From the NCBI GenBank assembly GCA_963669175.1, contig OY769902.1:1024001-1088000 (forward strand): 64,000 bases of DNA. The letters run 5' to 3'. The notes beneath the pieces were generated by a model. The model worked only from the letters and a program-made list of their open reading frames with translations. It did no database searches and was not told the DNA's origin. Source of the stretch: a bacterium. Lineage in GTDB: Bacteria > Electryoneota > Electryoneia > Electryoneales > Electryoneaceae. Each line of letters starts with the position of its first letter. Within the stretch, counting starts at the first letter, position 1. Shown in pieces: positions 28,097-39,412 of this stretch. Both the position numbers and the translations under genes were made by a program.

Positions 28097-29145
28097 TGGG
28101 TAGCAGGATGCTTTGGATCGCCATCATGGCGGCGCTGGTAATCGTACCGGGACTGGCTGGTGCGGAAGGATCTTCTGTTGAAGATGGGTCGGAGGAACGT
28201 TCTGTTGTGTTCCTGAACCAGAATCCGGCGCCGCAAGCAGCAGAAGTCTCGCTGGGTGAAGAAGTGCTGGGTTTCCTGGAAAAACCGGTCAGCTTTACCG
28301 GACGAGATCATGAACTGAACCGGCAGCTCGCTTTCCAGTTGCAGTCGGACCAGGGATCAGATGTCTCTTCCGTCGCGGCAAGCGGCGCGAAGAAAATTAA
28401 CCCGGGTCGCGCCATCCTGATGTCAGCGTTGATTCCTGGCGCCGGTCAATTCTATGCGGCGTCGAACATGGAATCGAATACGATTGCCTATATCAAGTCG
28501 GCGGTCTTCTTCGCGGCGGAACTCGGTTTCTGGACCGGAGCAATCCTGTATGCCAAGAAGGGACAGGACAAGGAAGACGAATACGAACTGTATGCGGATA
28601 AAAACTGGAACGAAGAAGTCTACCGCGAATGGGAATACTGGCTCGCTACCAATAAAGGGGGGCAGGCCGATTCCTTATATCCCTATACAAAAGATCAATG
28701 GGAAATCTTGCCGTGGGATGCAAGGCTTCAGTACCTGCCGACAAACTTTACCCACAAACTTCCGGACTCCAAGGATCAGCAGTATTACGAAATGATCGGT
28801 AAATATCTGACTCAGTTCGGTGCTGCGTGGGATGATATCTACCCGGAAAATCCGTCTGAATGGAGCGCCTTCTTCAACACATTTTACGATGATGAAACAT
28901 TCTTGAATGTGCATAGTGTTCTGGCAAATACGTATGCCCAGATGCGCTATGATTCGAACAAACTCCTGGACAAGAGCGCAGCATTCTTCATGGCGATCAT
29001 GGTGAACCACGTGGTATCTGCCGTTGATGCCGGGTTTACTGTGCGGCTGCATAACAAGCGTGTCATGTCCGGAGAAGTCACTGCAAAAACAACATTCTTT
29101 AATGGTGAACCGGTTGTTATGGGAGGAGTCAACCTGACTTTCTGA
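28096..29145 (+). CDS. Exported/membrane protein, DUF5683-like
   Basis: ATG overlaps the upstream TAA, with AGGAGG before it; signal peptide; motifs SALIPGAGQFY and NHVVSAVDA. Confidence 0.65.
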   Translation: MGSRMLWIAIMAALVIVPGLAGAEGSSVEDGSEERSVVFLNQNPAPQAAEVSLGEEVLGFLEKPVSFTGRDHELNRQLAFQLQSDQGSDVSSVAASGAKKINPGRAILMSALIPGAGQFYAASNMESNTIAYIKSAVFFAAELGFWTGAILYAKKGQDKEDEYELYADKNWNEEVYREWEYWLATNKGGQADSLYPYTKDQWEILPWDARLQYLPTNFTHKLPDSKDQQYYEMIGKYLTQFGAAWDDIYPENPSEWSAFFNTFYDDETFLNVHSVLANTYAQMRYDSNKLLDKSAAFFMAIMVNHVVSAVDAGFTVRLHNKRVMSGEVTAKTTFFNGEPVVMGGVNLTF

Positions 29146-29200
29146 CCGTCAGATTGCTTTTACCCGGTACTCGAACAGTGAGACCTGTCAAGAGGATGCT

Positions 29201-30061
29201 TTGAGTCTAGTAGTCGTGATACAGGATAAAATCAGAATCCAGCTTGTGCTGTTCAGCCTGGTGGTTTTCTTCGTGCTGGGCGTGGTTGCCGCGCATGCCG
29301 AAGAAGCCGCTACGAACCCCGGCGATCAGTACACGCAGACTGCCATTGGATTCCGTGCACCTTCATCAATTCATACACAATTGTTGACTGGTAACGGTCC
29401 TTACGAGCGACCGGGCGCACGTGGTTCACGCAGCAAGAAGGAAAAAAAGGAAAAGCTACCCGAGGTCGAGTATCCTGCTGAATTGCAGAAAAGTCCGCCT
29501 CGAGCGTTTCTGTACAGCATGATTTTGCCTGGTTGGGGCCAGCGGTATGTAGACAGGCCGATTCGTGGCGCCATCTATACCGGCGTCGAAGTCAGCTTGT
29601 GGACAGGTATCCTGTTGTCGTGGCAGAGTTACCTGTACCAGACGGACAACTATGAGAAGTTTGCCATACAGCACGCGGGTGTCAGTGGTGACCATGAAAG
29701 CGCGTTTTATGCTGATATCGGCAACTACAACAATATCAATGATTACAACGCTGCCAAGCGTCAGCAACGCGATTATGAAGCCCAGTACGATATCGCATCC
29801 GAATACTGGAACTGGGATAGCTCGTCGAACAGGCATGAATTTGATGATATCCGCATTTCCGCGGGACGTCACAAGAACCGGATATACTATCTTGCCGGTG
29901 GAATGCTGATCAACCGCCTGATTTCAGCGATTGATGCTGCAAGGACGATTTCCAACGCTCAGAAGAAGTACCGTGAGAGTCTGGGGGAAATGCACGTTGG
30001 CTGGTTGCCGGAAGCACAAGGACCGGCTTTGGTATGGTCCTGGAGGGGTAACCTGTTCTAA
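29201..30061 (+). CDS. Exported/membrane protein, DUF5683-like (paralog of the preceding gene)
   Basis: Motifs SMILPGWGQRY and NRLISAIDA; hydrophobic N-terminus. Confidence 0.65.
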   Translation: MSLVVVIQDKIRIQLVLFSLVVFFVLGVVAAHAEEAATNPGDQYTQTAIGFRAPSSIHTQLLTGNGPYERPGARGSRSKKEKKEKLPEVEYPAELQKSPPRAFLYSMILPGWGQRYVDRPIRGAIYTGVEVSLWTGILLSWQSYLYQTDNYEKFAIQHAGVSGDHESAFYADIGNYNNINDYNAAKRQQRDYEAQYDIASEYWNWDSSSNRHEFDDIRISAGRHKNRIYYLAGGMLINRLISAIDAARTISNAQKKYRESLGEMHVGWLPEAQGPALVWSWRGNLF

Positions 30062-30090
30062 GCTGTTGCCCAAAGATCGTGAAAAACAAC

Positions 30091-30121
30091 AGGGATTGGC
30101 CGATGAGGTCAATCCTTTTTT
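30091..30121. terminator. Likely bidirectional intrinsic terminator between convergent genes
   Basis: GGATTGGCC-GATGA-GGTCAATCC stem-loop, with a T-run on the right and an A-rich left side. Confidence 0.6.
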
Positions 30122-32981
30122 AATGCTGTTTAACCGGCAGGAAAATGGTAAAAGTTGTACCGACACCAACCTTACTGGTGACCGTAATAGCGCCCTTATG
30201 AGCACGGATGATTCCCAATACTGCCGCCAGTCCCAATCCGCGTCCCGTAAATTTTGTCGTATAAAACGGCTCAAAAATTCGTGTCAATAGTCCTTCTTCG
30301 ATACCAATCCCGTTATCATTGATGACCAGTTTGATGAAATCCCCGGCTTCCGGGATTTCAGTCAGAACGGACTCCTCCAGAACTTCCCTGCTGCAGGCGG
30401 CAAGTGAGGTGCTGATCTTGATTTTTCCGGCTTTCCCATCAAGAGCGTCGGAAGCGTTTAGCACCAGGTTGGTAACAAGTTGTCGGATTTGCAGGCTATC
30501 CCCGGCAATATTGGGAAGGGCCGGAATCAGATCCAATTCCAGGGAAGCGTAATCACTGATGGAAGATTTCAGCAGTGTTGATACGTCCTTGACCAGTATG
30601 GACAGGTCCAACGGTTCTATAATAAACTGTCCCTGTCCGGAATAGGCGAGCATCTGGCTTGTAAGCAGCGACATACGTTCTGCGCTTTTTTGAATATTGT
30701 CCAGGTTCTTCTTATGCGCAGGTAATTCTTCTCTGCATTTCATATGAATCATATCAATATTGCCTATTATCTCAGCCAGCAGGTTATTGAAATCGTGTGC
30801 AATACCGCCCGCCAATAAACCAATGCTTTCCAGCCGTTGATTTTCCTGGATTCTAGCATCAAGTTTTTTTCTTTCCTCTTCCTGTTTTTTCCGTTCTGTA
30901 TTATCCAGGAAGATGACCAGCTCACGGTTTCCGATCCGGGAGAAGCGGATTTCCGTGTCAAGAATTGTGCCGTTTTTGCAGATGATTTGCACATCTTTCA
31001 GCGCCTGTATAGCGCGATCCTGGCCTGACAGGTTCACCTTTTGTTGCCATGACACCACAATTTGTTGCCGATAGTGCGGGGCTGGAAAAGCCTGGCGCCA
31101 CCAGTCGTCAATGGTAGGAATATCCTGTTGATCATATTGAAACAGGTGCAGAAAACGGCTATTCAGAATCTCAATAACGCCATCGAGGTTACAGACCAGG
31201 ATTGGCAGGGGCGAGTATTCGATCAGTTTCCGGAACTGGCTTTCACTTTCACGCAGCGCTTCTTCGGTACGCTTGATACGATCAATATTCACATTGGTGC
31301 CGATCATTCGCCGAGGGCGCCCATCCGCTTCCCTTTCGAGAATACGTCCACGAGTCAGAATCCAGCGCCAGCGTCCCTGCTTGGTCTTCGCACGATATTC
31401 CACGGTGAATTGGGACAGGTTTCCGACGAGATACTCCTGCAGCAGTTGATCCACACGTTCCAGGTCATTGGGATGGATCAGATTCATCCAGCTATCAAAA
31501 GTCGGAAGAAATTCATTCTCCTCATAACCAAACATCTGCCACCAGGTACGATTAAAACAGATGTCTCCGTTACTGATATCCCAATCCCATAAACTGTCGC
31601 CAGTTGCTTCATAAGAGAAATCAAGGATAGCCCTGCTTTCTTTCAAGGCCTCGTCAGCCTGATGGTGAACGATTGCCATGGCAATATGATCGGAAACAAA
31701 TTCCAGCAAGTGCATATCTTCCGGAATATAAGCGTTGGGGTTGTCGTAACTTTGGATAGCGACAACACCGATCACATCATTCGCTGTTTTCAGAGGGACG
31801 CCGATCCAGATTGGTGCAGGCGCGCCGACATCACCAACCAGTTCCTGCTTCATCATTTCACGGTGAGTCGCATCATCTCCCCATAAAGGTTTTCCGGTGC
31901 GACGGACGTAATCAGTCAGGCTTCCTTCAAGGGGATAGTTGTCTTCACGATTAATCTCTTCTCGGAGGTCATGGTGAAATGGGAACGTGTAGGTTTCAGA
32001 TCGTGGGTTGTATAGAGCTACATAAAAGTTGGCTGCATTAATCAGCCGGGATAGTTGTGCATGAATAACTTCGAGCAATTCAAGGAGATTGGGTATTGTA
32101 TTGGCGGCCTGGGAGATATGGAGCAGGACATCACGAATAATAATTTCTCTTTTTCGGTCTGTAATATCCTGGGCTGTTCCCAGCATACCGGTTATCTGCC
32201 CGTCATTATCTCGTACTACTTCTCCCTTGGTGTATAGAGTTCGAATGGCCCCATCCTGCCTTTGCAGGCGAAATTCCATGACGAGGTTCTCATCACGATT
32301 CCGCAGCAATTTCCGGAAAGGTTCTCTATCCTCCAGAAGGATGTGTCGGAATACCTCTTTAATGGGGATTGTGCCGCTTTCCGGGATGTCATCAATACCG
32401 AAGATATTGAAGAGTTCATCAGACCATTTCGTAATGCCGGTAATAAAATCCCATTCCCAGGTTCCAAGATGAGCAATTTTCTGTGCATGGGAGAAATTTC
32501 TCTGGTCTCGCAAAAGGTTTTGTTCGGTTTCTTTTTGCCTGGTGATATCAACCAGGATTCCTGTTATTCGAACCGGTTTGTCATGGCTATCCCATTCGGT
32601 AATACTTCCCTTGGAAATCAACCAGACATACGTACCATCCTCTCTCGCCAGGTGGTATTCATCAATAATCACATTTGTTGAGGGAGAGGACAGCAGTTCT
32701 GTGACTCTATTCCGGATACGCTCGCGATCATCCTTGTGTAAACGCTGCATGAATAATTCGAATGTGGGTTGGGTTTTTGTCAGATCTACCTGAAATAAAT
32801 CAGCAATCTGTTTGTTAATATGCAAATTGCCGTCTCGCAAATTCCAATCCCAGAAACCGATTTCCATGGATGCGATGAGAGAATCATCGATGTGTGGGGA
32901 GAACCTGGTTGTAATGGAGTCGTCAATAGCAACCTTAATTTCAACATCACTTCTTGTTGCAGTCTGGCTGGTTTTATTCAT
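30120..32981 (-). CDS. Cytoplasmic multi-PAS/GAF sensor histidine kinase (no receiver domain)
   Basis: PAS_3-type W.WD repeats, a GAF domain, H-box [26 protein letters not shown]. Confidence 0.9.
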   Translation of the reverse strand: MNKTSQTATRSDVEIKVAIDDSITTRFSPHIDDSLIASMEIGFWDWNLRDGNLHINKQIADLFQVDLTKTQPTFELFMQRLHKDDRERIRNRVTELLSSPSTNVIIDEYHLAREDGTYVWLISKGSITEWDSHDKPVRITGILVDITRQKETEQNLLRDQRNFSHAQKIAHLGTWEWDFITGITKWSDELFNIFGIDDIPESGTIPIKEVFRHILLEDREPFRKLLRNRDENLVMEFRLQRQDGAIRTLYTKGEVVRDNDGQITGMLGTAQDITDRKREIIIRDVLLHISQAANTIPNLLELLEVIHAQLSRLINAANFYVALYNPRSETYTFPFHHDLREEINREDNYPLEGSLTDYVRRTGKPLWGDDATHREMMKQELVGDVGAPAPIWIGVPLKTANDVIGVVAIQSYDNPNAYIPEDMHLLEFVSDHIAMAIVHHQADEALKESRAILDFSYEATGDSLWDWDISNGDICFNRTWWQMFGYEENEFLPTFDSWMNLIHPNDLERVDQLLQEYLVGNLSQFTVEYRAKTKQGRWRWILTRGRILEREADGRPRRMIGTNVNIDRIKRTEEALRESESQFRKLIEYSPLPILVCNLDGVIEILNSRFLHLFQYDQQDIPTIDDWWRQAFPAPHYRQQIVVSWQQKVNLSGQDRAIQALKDVQIICKNGTILDTEIRFSRIGNRELVIFLDNTERKKQEEERKKLDARIQENQRLESIGLLAGGIAHDFNNLLAEIIGNIDMIHMKCREELPAHKKNLDNIQKSAERMSLLTSQMLAYSGQGQFIIEPLDLSILVKDVSTLLKSSISDYASLELDLIPALPNIAGDSLQIRQLVTNLVLNASDALDGKAGKIKISTSLAACSREVLEESVLTEIPEAGDFIKLVINDNGIGIEEGLLTRIFEPFYTTKFTGRGLGLAAVLGIIRAHKGAITVTSKVGVGTTFTIFLPVKQH

Positions 32982-35913
32982 CGGGGTAGCCGGTCAGATC
33001 ATTTTGTTTTGCTCGGTCGGAATCCAGGGCATTCCTGATTTGTATCCCTAGATCAATGGGGCGGAACGGTTTCGGGATAAACAGAATCCCCGGCTTTAGA
33101 ACACCATGTTCAACAATAGCGTTTTCGGTATGGCCACTCATATACAGAACCAGGATATTCGGGTGTTCCTGCTGCATCTGGGCGATCATCTGGGGGCCAG
33201 TCATGCCCGGCATGATCACATCTGATAAGATCATGTCGATTTCTGTATGTTTGTTATAATACAGTGCAATTGCTTCTTTCGGGGTAGGCGCGCTCAGGAC
33301 CGAGTAGCCATACTGTTCAAGGATACGGGTAGCCATATCCCGGACACCTTCCTCATCCTCAACAACGAGAATCGTTTCCGTTCCGTGCGGGTCAATATTC
33401 TCGTCCGGCTGCTGGTCATAGTTAAGCGCCTGACCACTGAACTTCGGCAGATAGATTCTAAATGTGCTTCCAATATTGATTTCACTGTAGACATGGACAA
33501 TCCCATGATTCTGCTTGACAATTCCGTATACAGTCGCCAATCCCAGGCCGGTCCCCTTACTCTCGCCTTTTGTGGTAAAAAATGGCTCGAAAATATGCTC
33601 GATTACCTCTTTGTCCATTCCATGGCCTGTATCAGATACGGATAATTGTACATACGAACCCGGCTCTACGCCCAGGTGATTGATCGCATATTCTTCATCC
33701 AGTTCAACATTGATCGTTTCGATTGTCAGTTTACCGCCATTGGGCATGGCATCGCGTGCATTGACCGCCAGGTTCACGACTACCTGCTCGATCTGGCTGG
33801 GGTCCGCTTCCACATTCCACAGGTCCGGGGAATGGATAAACTGCAGCCCGATATCTTCGCCAATGACACGTTTCAGCATGTTGCGCATGTTGGAAAGCGC
33901 TTCATTCAGGTTGATCGTTCGAGGCTGGATCACCTGTTTCCTGCTGAATGCCAGCAACTGACGCGTGAGCGTGGCCGCGCGTTCCGAGGTGGCGTCAATT
34001 TCGCGCACATAACGCCGTGCCGGGTGATCCTCTTCAAGCTTGAACAGGGCAATTTCCGCGTTGCCGGTGATTGCGGTCAGGAGGTTGTTGAAATCATGCG
34101 CAATGCCGCCGGCCAGTTTTCCGATGGCTTCCATACGCTGTGAGTGCTGTAATTGAGCTTTCAGGGATTTCTGTTGGGTGATGTCACGAACAAACCCCAG
34201 AACCGCCTTCTGGTTATCCCATTCTATCCGGGTCAGCTTGATTTCTATATGACGCAGGTCGCCATTTTTTGTGTGAATGCAAAATGATTCAATCGAAGAA
34301 GGATAGGTCCCGTTTTCGATGGATTCCATCTGATTCCGCATCGCGCCCTGATGTGATTCCGGCACCAGGGAAGGAATATCAAAATCAGGTGCGGTAAGCT
34401 CTTCAATTTCAAAACCAAAAATCTCCGCCATGCTGGGGTTGGTAACGACAAACTGGTTGCCAATACGCACATATACACCATCCGGCGATTCCTCAAAGAG
34501 TTTGCGAAATCGTTTTTCGCTAAGTTGCAGAGCTTCATGGGCACGTCTGCGCTCTGCTATCTCCTCACGTAATTCCAGGTTTGCCAGGCGTAGTTCTTCT
34601 GTCGTTGATTTCAGGTTGGCAGTCATCTGGTTTACTGAGTGTGCCAGCAAACCAATCTCGTCCTTGCTGTCGTGATCAACCGATATGTCAAAATTACCTT
34701 CGCCGATTCTTCTTGTTACTTCAGAAATATGCCGAAGTGGACGCACAACAGTCAGCCATGTGGTAAGAATGAATATTGCGAACAAGACACACCAGGTGAT
34801 TCCGGCAATAATAAGAAACCTGACCCTGAACATAGGCAGGACAGACATGACTTCCGCTTCCGGGATAATGATGCCGTACGTCCAATTTTGAAAATCAAGG
34901 TCATAGATATATGCAAAATAAGTTTCGCCCGATTCGTTCTTGTATCTGTGGATTTGAAGCTTCTCGGTTGTTTCGGTTGACAGATTGTTCCTGATTAGTT
35001 CCTGCAAAGCTGTATCGCTAAGATTGTCAAAACTAAGCTTGTCGCCCATCAATGCCACTTCACGCAACCTGTCAAGGTGATCCGGATGAAGCAGAATATG
35101 CCCCTCTTCGTCAAAAAGGAACACATAACCGTGGTGGAAATACCGTTTGTTCAATATCTGGTCGTAAATCTGGTCAAGGATGACATCGTGGCCAACGATC
35201 CCGAGAAACTGGTCGTCTACATAAACTGGTGTAACCAGGCTAATCATCCAGTGTTTCCAGATGGCATCGTAATAGGCGGGTGTCCATTCCGGGCTTCGGT
35301 CGGGGTTGTGTTCCGGATCGGCAGTATAATAAAACACATCGCTGGTAAAATCATGATCTGCTTCAATCTGCATTGCCCAGTCTTTGGGGTAAATACGCAG
35401 GAAGCCGCGCTTACTGATGTAATAGGTGTTAAATACGGCTGCACGTACCCCTTTGGCATACCCGGTGAACTCGTGGCCAGTCAGATATACTTCACGCTTC
35501 AAGTCGCTGGTAACGGTGGCAAGCGAGGAGATAAACACACCGGATACATCTTCCTTTTTGTGGCCGAAATCGAGGTTGGTACGGAAGGCGCCATCCTTCA
35601 TAATGTAGCGGTCATCAAAGTCCTGCCAGCCAATCGGCGGAAGAGCCAGACGTTTTTCCAGGTAAGCAGAAGAGGTGTGACCGAGGGTTTCGAGATTTTC
35701 AAAATATCCATCCAGTTCATTGCCTTCAGAATTAATAAAAGTCCTTATGGCCTCATGAGTATTAGACCGAATCATCGCCTCAAGCGATTTCTGGGTCATG
35801 TATCCGAGGAAGAGGAAAAATGGGACAATGACAACGAGAAACGTGATAACGACACGTCCCAGTAACATTATCCTGAAGCCGGATTGATGTTTTTTTTCAG
35901 CCGGGGTACTCAT
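32974..35913 (-). CDS. Hybrid sensor kinase: Cache-HAMP-PAS-HisKA-HATPase-REC
   Basis: Two TM helices flank a Cache domain (WTPAYYD); HAMP (DEIGLL); [10 protein letters not shown]; GTGLGL; receiver motifs ILVVEDE, DVIMP, KPF. Confidence 0.9.
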   Translation of the reverse strand: MSTPAEKKHQSGFRIMLLGRVVITFLVVIVPFFLFLGYMTQKSLEAMIRSNTHEAIRTFINSEGNELDGYFENLETLGHTSSAYLEKRLALPPIGWQDFDDRYIMKDGAFRTNLDFGHKKEDVSGVFISSLATVTSDLKREVYLTGHEFTGYAKGVRAAVFNTYYISKRGFLRIYPKDWAMQIEADHDFTSDVFYYTADPEHNPDRSPEWTPAYYDAIWKHWMISLVTPVYVDDQFLGIVGHDVILDQIYDQILNKRYFHHGYVFLFDEEGHILLHPDHLDRLREVALMGDKLSFDNLSDTALQELIRNNLSTETTEKLQIHRYKNESGETYFAYIYDLDFQNWTYGIIIPEAEVMSVLPMFRVRFLIIAGITWCVLFAIFILTTWLTVVRPLRHISEVTRRIGEGNFDISVDHDSKDEIGLLAHSVNQMTANLKSTTEELRLANLELREEIAERRRAHEALQLSEKRFRKLFEESPDGVYVRIGNQFVVTNPSMAEIFGFEIEELTAPDFDIPSLVPESHQGAMRNQMESIENGTYPSSIESFCIHTKNGDLRHIEIKLTRIEWDNQKAVLGFVRDITQQKSLKAQLQHSQRMEAIGKLAGGIAHDFNNLLTAITGNAEIALFKLEEDHPARRYVREIDATSERAATLTRQLLAFSRKQVIQPRTINLNEALSNMRNMLKRVIGEDIGLQFIHSPDLWNVEADPSQIEQVVVNLAVNARDAMPNGGKLTIETINVELDEEYAINHLGVEPGSYVQLSVSDTGHGMDKEVIEHIFEPFFTTKGESKGTGLGLATVYGIVKQNHGIVHVYSEINIGSTFRIYLPKFSGQALNYDQQPDENIDPHGTETILVVEDEEGVRDMATRILEQYGYSVLSAPTPKEAIALYYNKHTEIDMILSDVIMPGMTGPQMIAQMQQEHPNILVLYMSGHTENAIVEHGVLKPGILFIPKPFRPIDLGIQIRNALDSDRAKQNDLTGYPDE

Positions 35914-36265
35914 CGAAAAGGTAACCCCTCTCCCTCTAATGACTGTGGCAGAAACGTAAAGAATAGTTACACGGTAAACAGTCTATTCTGAAGCAAATGA
36001 AAATAAACACCGCACGCAAATGCAACGAAACCGGTCATCAGCAGGATAATTCTCACTGTAAAGACGGCTATATAGCAGGGAACGCGACCTGTAAATATTG
36101 TACGTAAAACGAGCTCGTATTTCCAGAGGATAGGGGATGATATTTTTGACCTGCTTGATAATACCAATCATATTATTGTAACAATATCAATGTTTTGCGA
36201 ACAGGCGGGGGGACGACGTTTCAGAAAATCAATTCTGTTTCTGAAAAACAGTGATTTCCATTTAC

Positions 36266-36292
36266 AAAAAAATCCCGGCTTTCACCGGGATT
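36266..36292 (-). terminator. Intrinsic terminator of the DHOD-like gene
   Basis: Minus strand AATCCCGG-TGAAAG-CCGGGATT followed by a T-run. Confidence 0.7.
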
Positions 36293-36319
36293 GAAGTAGC
36301 AACAATTCAGAAGGGCAAA

Positions 36320-37294
36320 TCAGACCTGCCCGAAGTTCTTCAGGAACTGCACACGTTCGAAGAAAGCGGGATTGCTCACATTGGACTGTTTGAGCCGTCC
36401 CTTGAAATCGTCAACAGTTTTGTAGTTGTGGCGATCCATCCAGTCACTGATGAATTTTACTGTTTCCTGGACAATCGGCGGGTGTTTCTTGTACACCGCG
36501 CTGACCATTTGAACTGCGGAAGCGCCGGCCAGGATCATTTTTACCGCTGTTTCGCCGTCGTGAATCCCTGTTGACGCTGCAAGGTCACACCTGGCAAACT
36601 CGGAGGCGATGGCCATCCAGCGTAACGTAGGCAGGTAATCATCACCGGAACTGAAGGGATACCCCGGTTTCAGGTTCACTTTTTCGATGTCGATATCCGG
36701 GTTGTAGAACCGGTTGAACATCACGATTCCCTTTACGCCGCTTTCGGAGAGGAATTTAAGTGTGTTGGCAAAATTGCTGAAATAGGGACTCAATTTCACA
36801 GCAACCGGAATCTCCACCTTCGACAGAACATCTTTCACCAGTTTGAACAGGGTGTCTTCCACCTGGCGATCACCCAGTTTGGGATCGCTGGGAAGAACGA
36901 AATAGTTCAACTCAAGACCGTCCGCGCCGGCATCGGCAAACTTCCGGGCATATTCGGTCCAGGAAGAAGCCGTCATGCAATTAATGCTGGCAATAATCGG
37001 AATATCTACCTTCCGCTTGGCGCTTTCAATCAGCTTGATATACTGTTCCAGGTGGTGTTCTTTTACATAAACATCGAAATAATCAGCGCCTTCCGGGTGG
37101 TAGCCGACTTCGTTCAGTTCGTGGTCTGTCTCAATCAGAATCTGCTCTTCAAAGACACTTTTCAGGATGACTGCTCCAGCGCCCGCTCTGGCTAACTGTT
37201 CAATGGAATCCACCGAATCTGTCAAACCGGACGATCCGACGATGACCGGATTCTTCAGGTCCAGGCCCATATACTTCATGTTCAAATCGGCCAT
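36320..37294 (-). CDS. Dihydroorotate dehydrogenase-like FMN protein
   Basis: LKNPVIVGS, GAGAVILKSVFEEQI, GADGLELN, PVAVKLSPYF, FNRFYNPDID, LAGASAVQ. Confidence 0.85.
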   Translation of the reverse strand: MADLNMKYMGLDLKNPVIVGSSGLTDSVDSIEQLARAGAGAVILKSVFEEQILIETDHELNEVGYHPEGADYFDVYVKEHHLEQYIKLIESAKRKVDIPIIASINCMTASSWTEYARKFADAGADGLELNYFVLPSDPKLGDRQVEDTLFKLVKDVLSKVEIPVAVKLSPYFSNFANTLKFLSESGVKGIVMFNRFYNPDIDIEKVNLKPGYPFSSGDDYLPTLRWMAIASEFARCDLAASTGIHDGETAVKMILAGASAVQMVSAVYKKHPPIVQETVKFISDWMDRHNYKTVDDFKGRLKQSNVSNPAFFERVQFLKNFGQV

Positions 37295-37427
37295 GAATCA
37301 ATCTCCCCTAATCTTTGGCAATCGTTTTGTTCAAGAACACAAGTTAGCAGCAGAAGCCGTTTGCATAAAGTGTAATGAAACGGCTGATCAAGACTCCGGT
37401 ACTCCAGTGTCCATTCGAACCGATCCA

Positions 37428-38903
37428 CTACAATTGCGGTGGCGTACCCTTTTCACGCAACAGGTTTGCCAGCCAGCGCATGCGTCGGACGACAGTCTCT
37501 TTCCCCAGAACACCGAGCATTTCAAACAGGCTCGGACCGCCACCCACACCACTGACAGCCAGTCGAGTCGGATGAATTAAAGCGCCCGCGTTCACATCCA
37601 GCTCTTCCGTGTACACACGAAGCGCTTCTTCCAGGGCTGGCTCAGACCAGTCTTCCACCTGTTCAAACCGATCAGCAAGCGTATCCAATCTCTCTGGTGT
37701 CGCTTCGTCTTTCAGGCGTTTCCGTGCCGCTTTCGGATCGAGTGTTTCCGGATCTTTGAAGAAGAAATCGCCACGCTCCAGGATGTCTTTGGGAAAACGC
37801 GCACGGCTTTTCAGTAACCGCACCGCTACCGGCAGCATACGTGCGCTACCCTTGGGGAAAACACCTTCTGCAACCAGCGCCGCAAACGGCATCTTCAAGA
37901 TGTCAAACAGGGCTTCGTCCGACATCTGGCTGACAAATTCCCCGTTGACCCATTCCAGCTTCTGTTCGTCAAACACGGCGCTGGCCTGGTTCATACCCTT
38001 GATGGTAAACGCTTCAATCAACTCATCACGAGTCATCAGTTCCCGATCATCACCGGGTGACCAACCGAGCATGGCAAGGTAGCTCAGGATGGATTCTGGC
38101 AGGTATCCCTTGTCACGATATTCGGTCAACGCTGTCGCGCCATGACGCTTGGAAAGCCGTTTTTTGTCCGGGCCAAGAATCAGGGGTACATGGGCAAATT
38201 CCGGCACATCCCACCCCAGCGCCTTGTATATCAGGATCTGCTTCGGAGTGTTTGTGATATGGTCGTTGCCGCGTACCACGTTGGTAATGCCCATATCCCA
38301 GTCATCCACCACCACAGCCATCTGGTAGGTCGGCTGACCGTCACGACGCTGGATGATGAAGTCCTCGATGGTTTCCGGGTTGACTTCGACTTTTCCATGA
38401 ACGCCATCCATGAAGACAACGGGCTCTTCCGGCACCTTGAAACGTACCGCGAAGGGCTCGCCACGCATCATACGGTCATCGGATTCCTTCAGGGAGAGGC
38501 CACGGTCGGGGCTACGGAAGGCGGCGCCTTCGCCACGATCTATCGCGGCCTGCTTCATCTTCTGGGCTTCATCCGGGTCCATGAAATCACGATAGGCAGA
38601 GCCACGATTGACCAGCTCATCCACGATTTCCTGGTAAAAACTGATCCGTGAGGACTGATGGAGGATCTCCTCATCCCATTCCAATCCCAACCACTTCAGC
38701 GCATCCAGAATGTCCGTTTCATATTCCTGTTTGGAACGTGCACGGTCAGTATCTTCAATGCGAACAACAAACTTGCCACCTTCGTGTTTGGCCAGAAGGT
38801 AGTTGAAAATCGCTGTTCTGGCTCCACCTATATGCAAAAATCCAGTCGGGCTGGGTGCGAAACGGTAGCGGATTACTTTCTTGGGCATCACTTCGTCAAT
38901 CAT
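37428..38903 (-). CDS. gltX: Glutamate--tRNA ligase
   Basis: RFAPSPTGFLHIGG, RIEDTD, RGNDH, LSKRHG. Confidence 0.95.
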   Translation of the reverse strand: MIDEVMPKKVIRYRFAPSPTGFLHIGGARTAIFNYLLAKHEGGKFVVRIEDTDRARSKQEYETDILDALKWLGLEWDEEILHQSSRISFYQEIVDELVNRGSAYRDFMDPDEAQKMKQAAIDRGEGAAFRSPDRGLSLKESDDRMMRGEPFAVRFKVPEEPVVFMDGVHGKVEVNPETIEDFIIQRRDGQPTYQMAVVVDDWDMGITNVVRGNDHITNTPKQILIYKALGWDVPEFAHVPLILGPDKKRLSKRHGATALTEYRDKGYLPESILSYLAMLGWSPGDDRELMTRDELIEAFTIKGMNQASAVFDEQKLEWVNGEFVSQMSDEALFDILKMPFAALVAEGVFPKGSARMLPVAVRLLKSRARFPKDILERGDFFFKDPETLDPKAARKRLKDEATPERLDTLADRFEQVEDWSEPALEEALRVYTEELDVNAGALIHPTRLAVSGVGGGPSLFEMLGVLGKETVVRRMRWLANLLREKGTPPQL

Positions 38904-39412
38904 GGTTTCTCCGGGTTCTCCGGTTTAAATGTTGTCCTGTCCGTTGACATGTCCTGTTCTTCAGGAGCATTGTCACCATGCGATACCGGCGATGGTTCCA
39001 CAGCGGTTTCTTCCAGGGTAGCGCTGTGAACCTTAACTTGTGCTGGAGCGCCGGGAAATGGTTTTGGACTCCACGTTTGCTCAGGCACATCTTTTATCTC
39101 AACCTCAACACCTCCCATAAGGGAAGTCATGGCATTGTAAACCAGTGCGGCTGCAAGAAGCGTAAGGGTCCAGAAAGCCGCAGACATGAATGATAACAAC
39201 ACCCCCATCATCAGCATCGAAAACCAGCCGGTCAAAGCTAAGCCAAAGTCAGCCAAGGCTGGAGCCAGCCCTGATGATGCGAGCAGGGATGATAGAAACA
39301 GCCAGTATTCCAGGTACAGCAGAAAACTCAGCACGAAGGAAACCAGCATCCCAGTTTTCAACACCGAGAGAAGCCGAACCCGCTTTACTTCGTATATCGA
39401 GCAATCCGCCAC
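38900..39412 (-). CDS. Membrane protein, DUF3566-like
   Basis: Two hydrophobic segments and YN..TSLMGGVEVEI; its stop overlaps the gltX start. Confidence 0.6.
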   Translation of the reverse strand: MADCSIYEVKRVRLLSVLKTGMLVSFVLSFLLYLEYWLFLSSLLASSGLAPALADFGLALTGWFSMLMMGVLLSFMSAAFWTLTLLAAALVYNAMTSLMGGVEVEIKDVPEQTWSPKPFPGAPAQVKVHSATLEETAVEPSPVSHGDNAPEEQDMSTDRTTFKPENPEKP

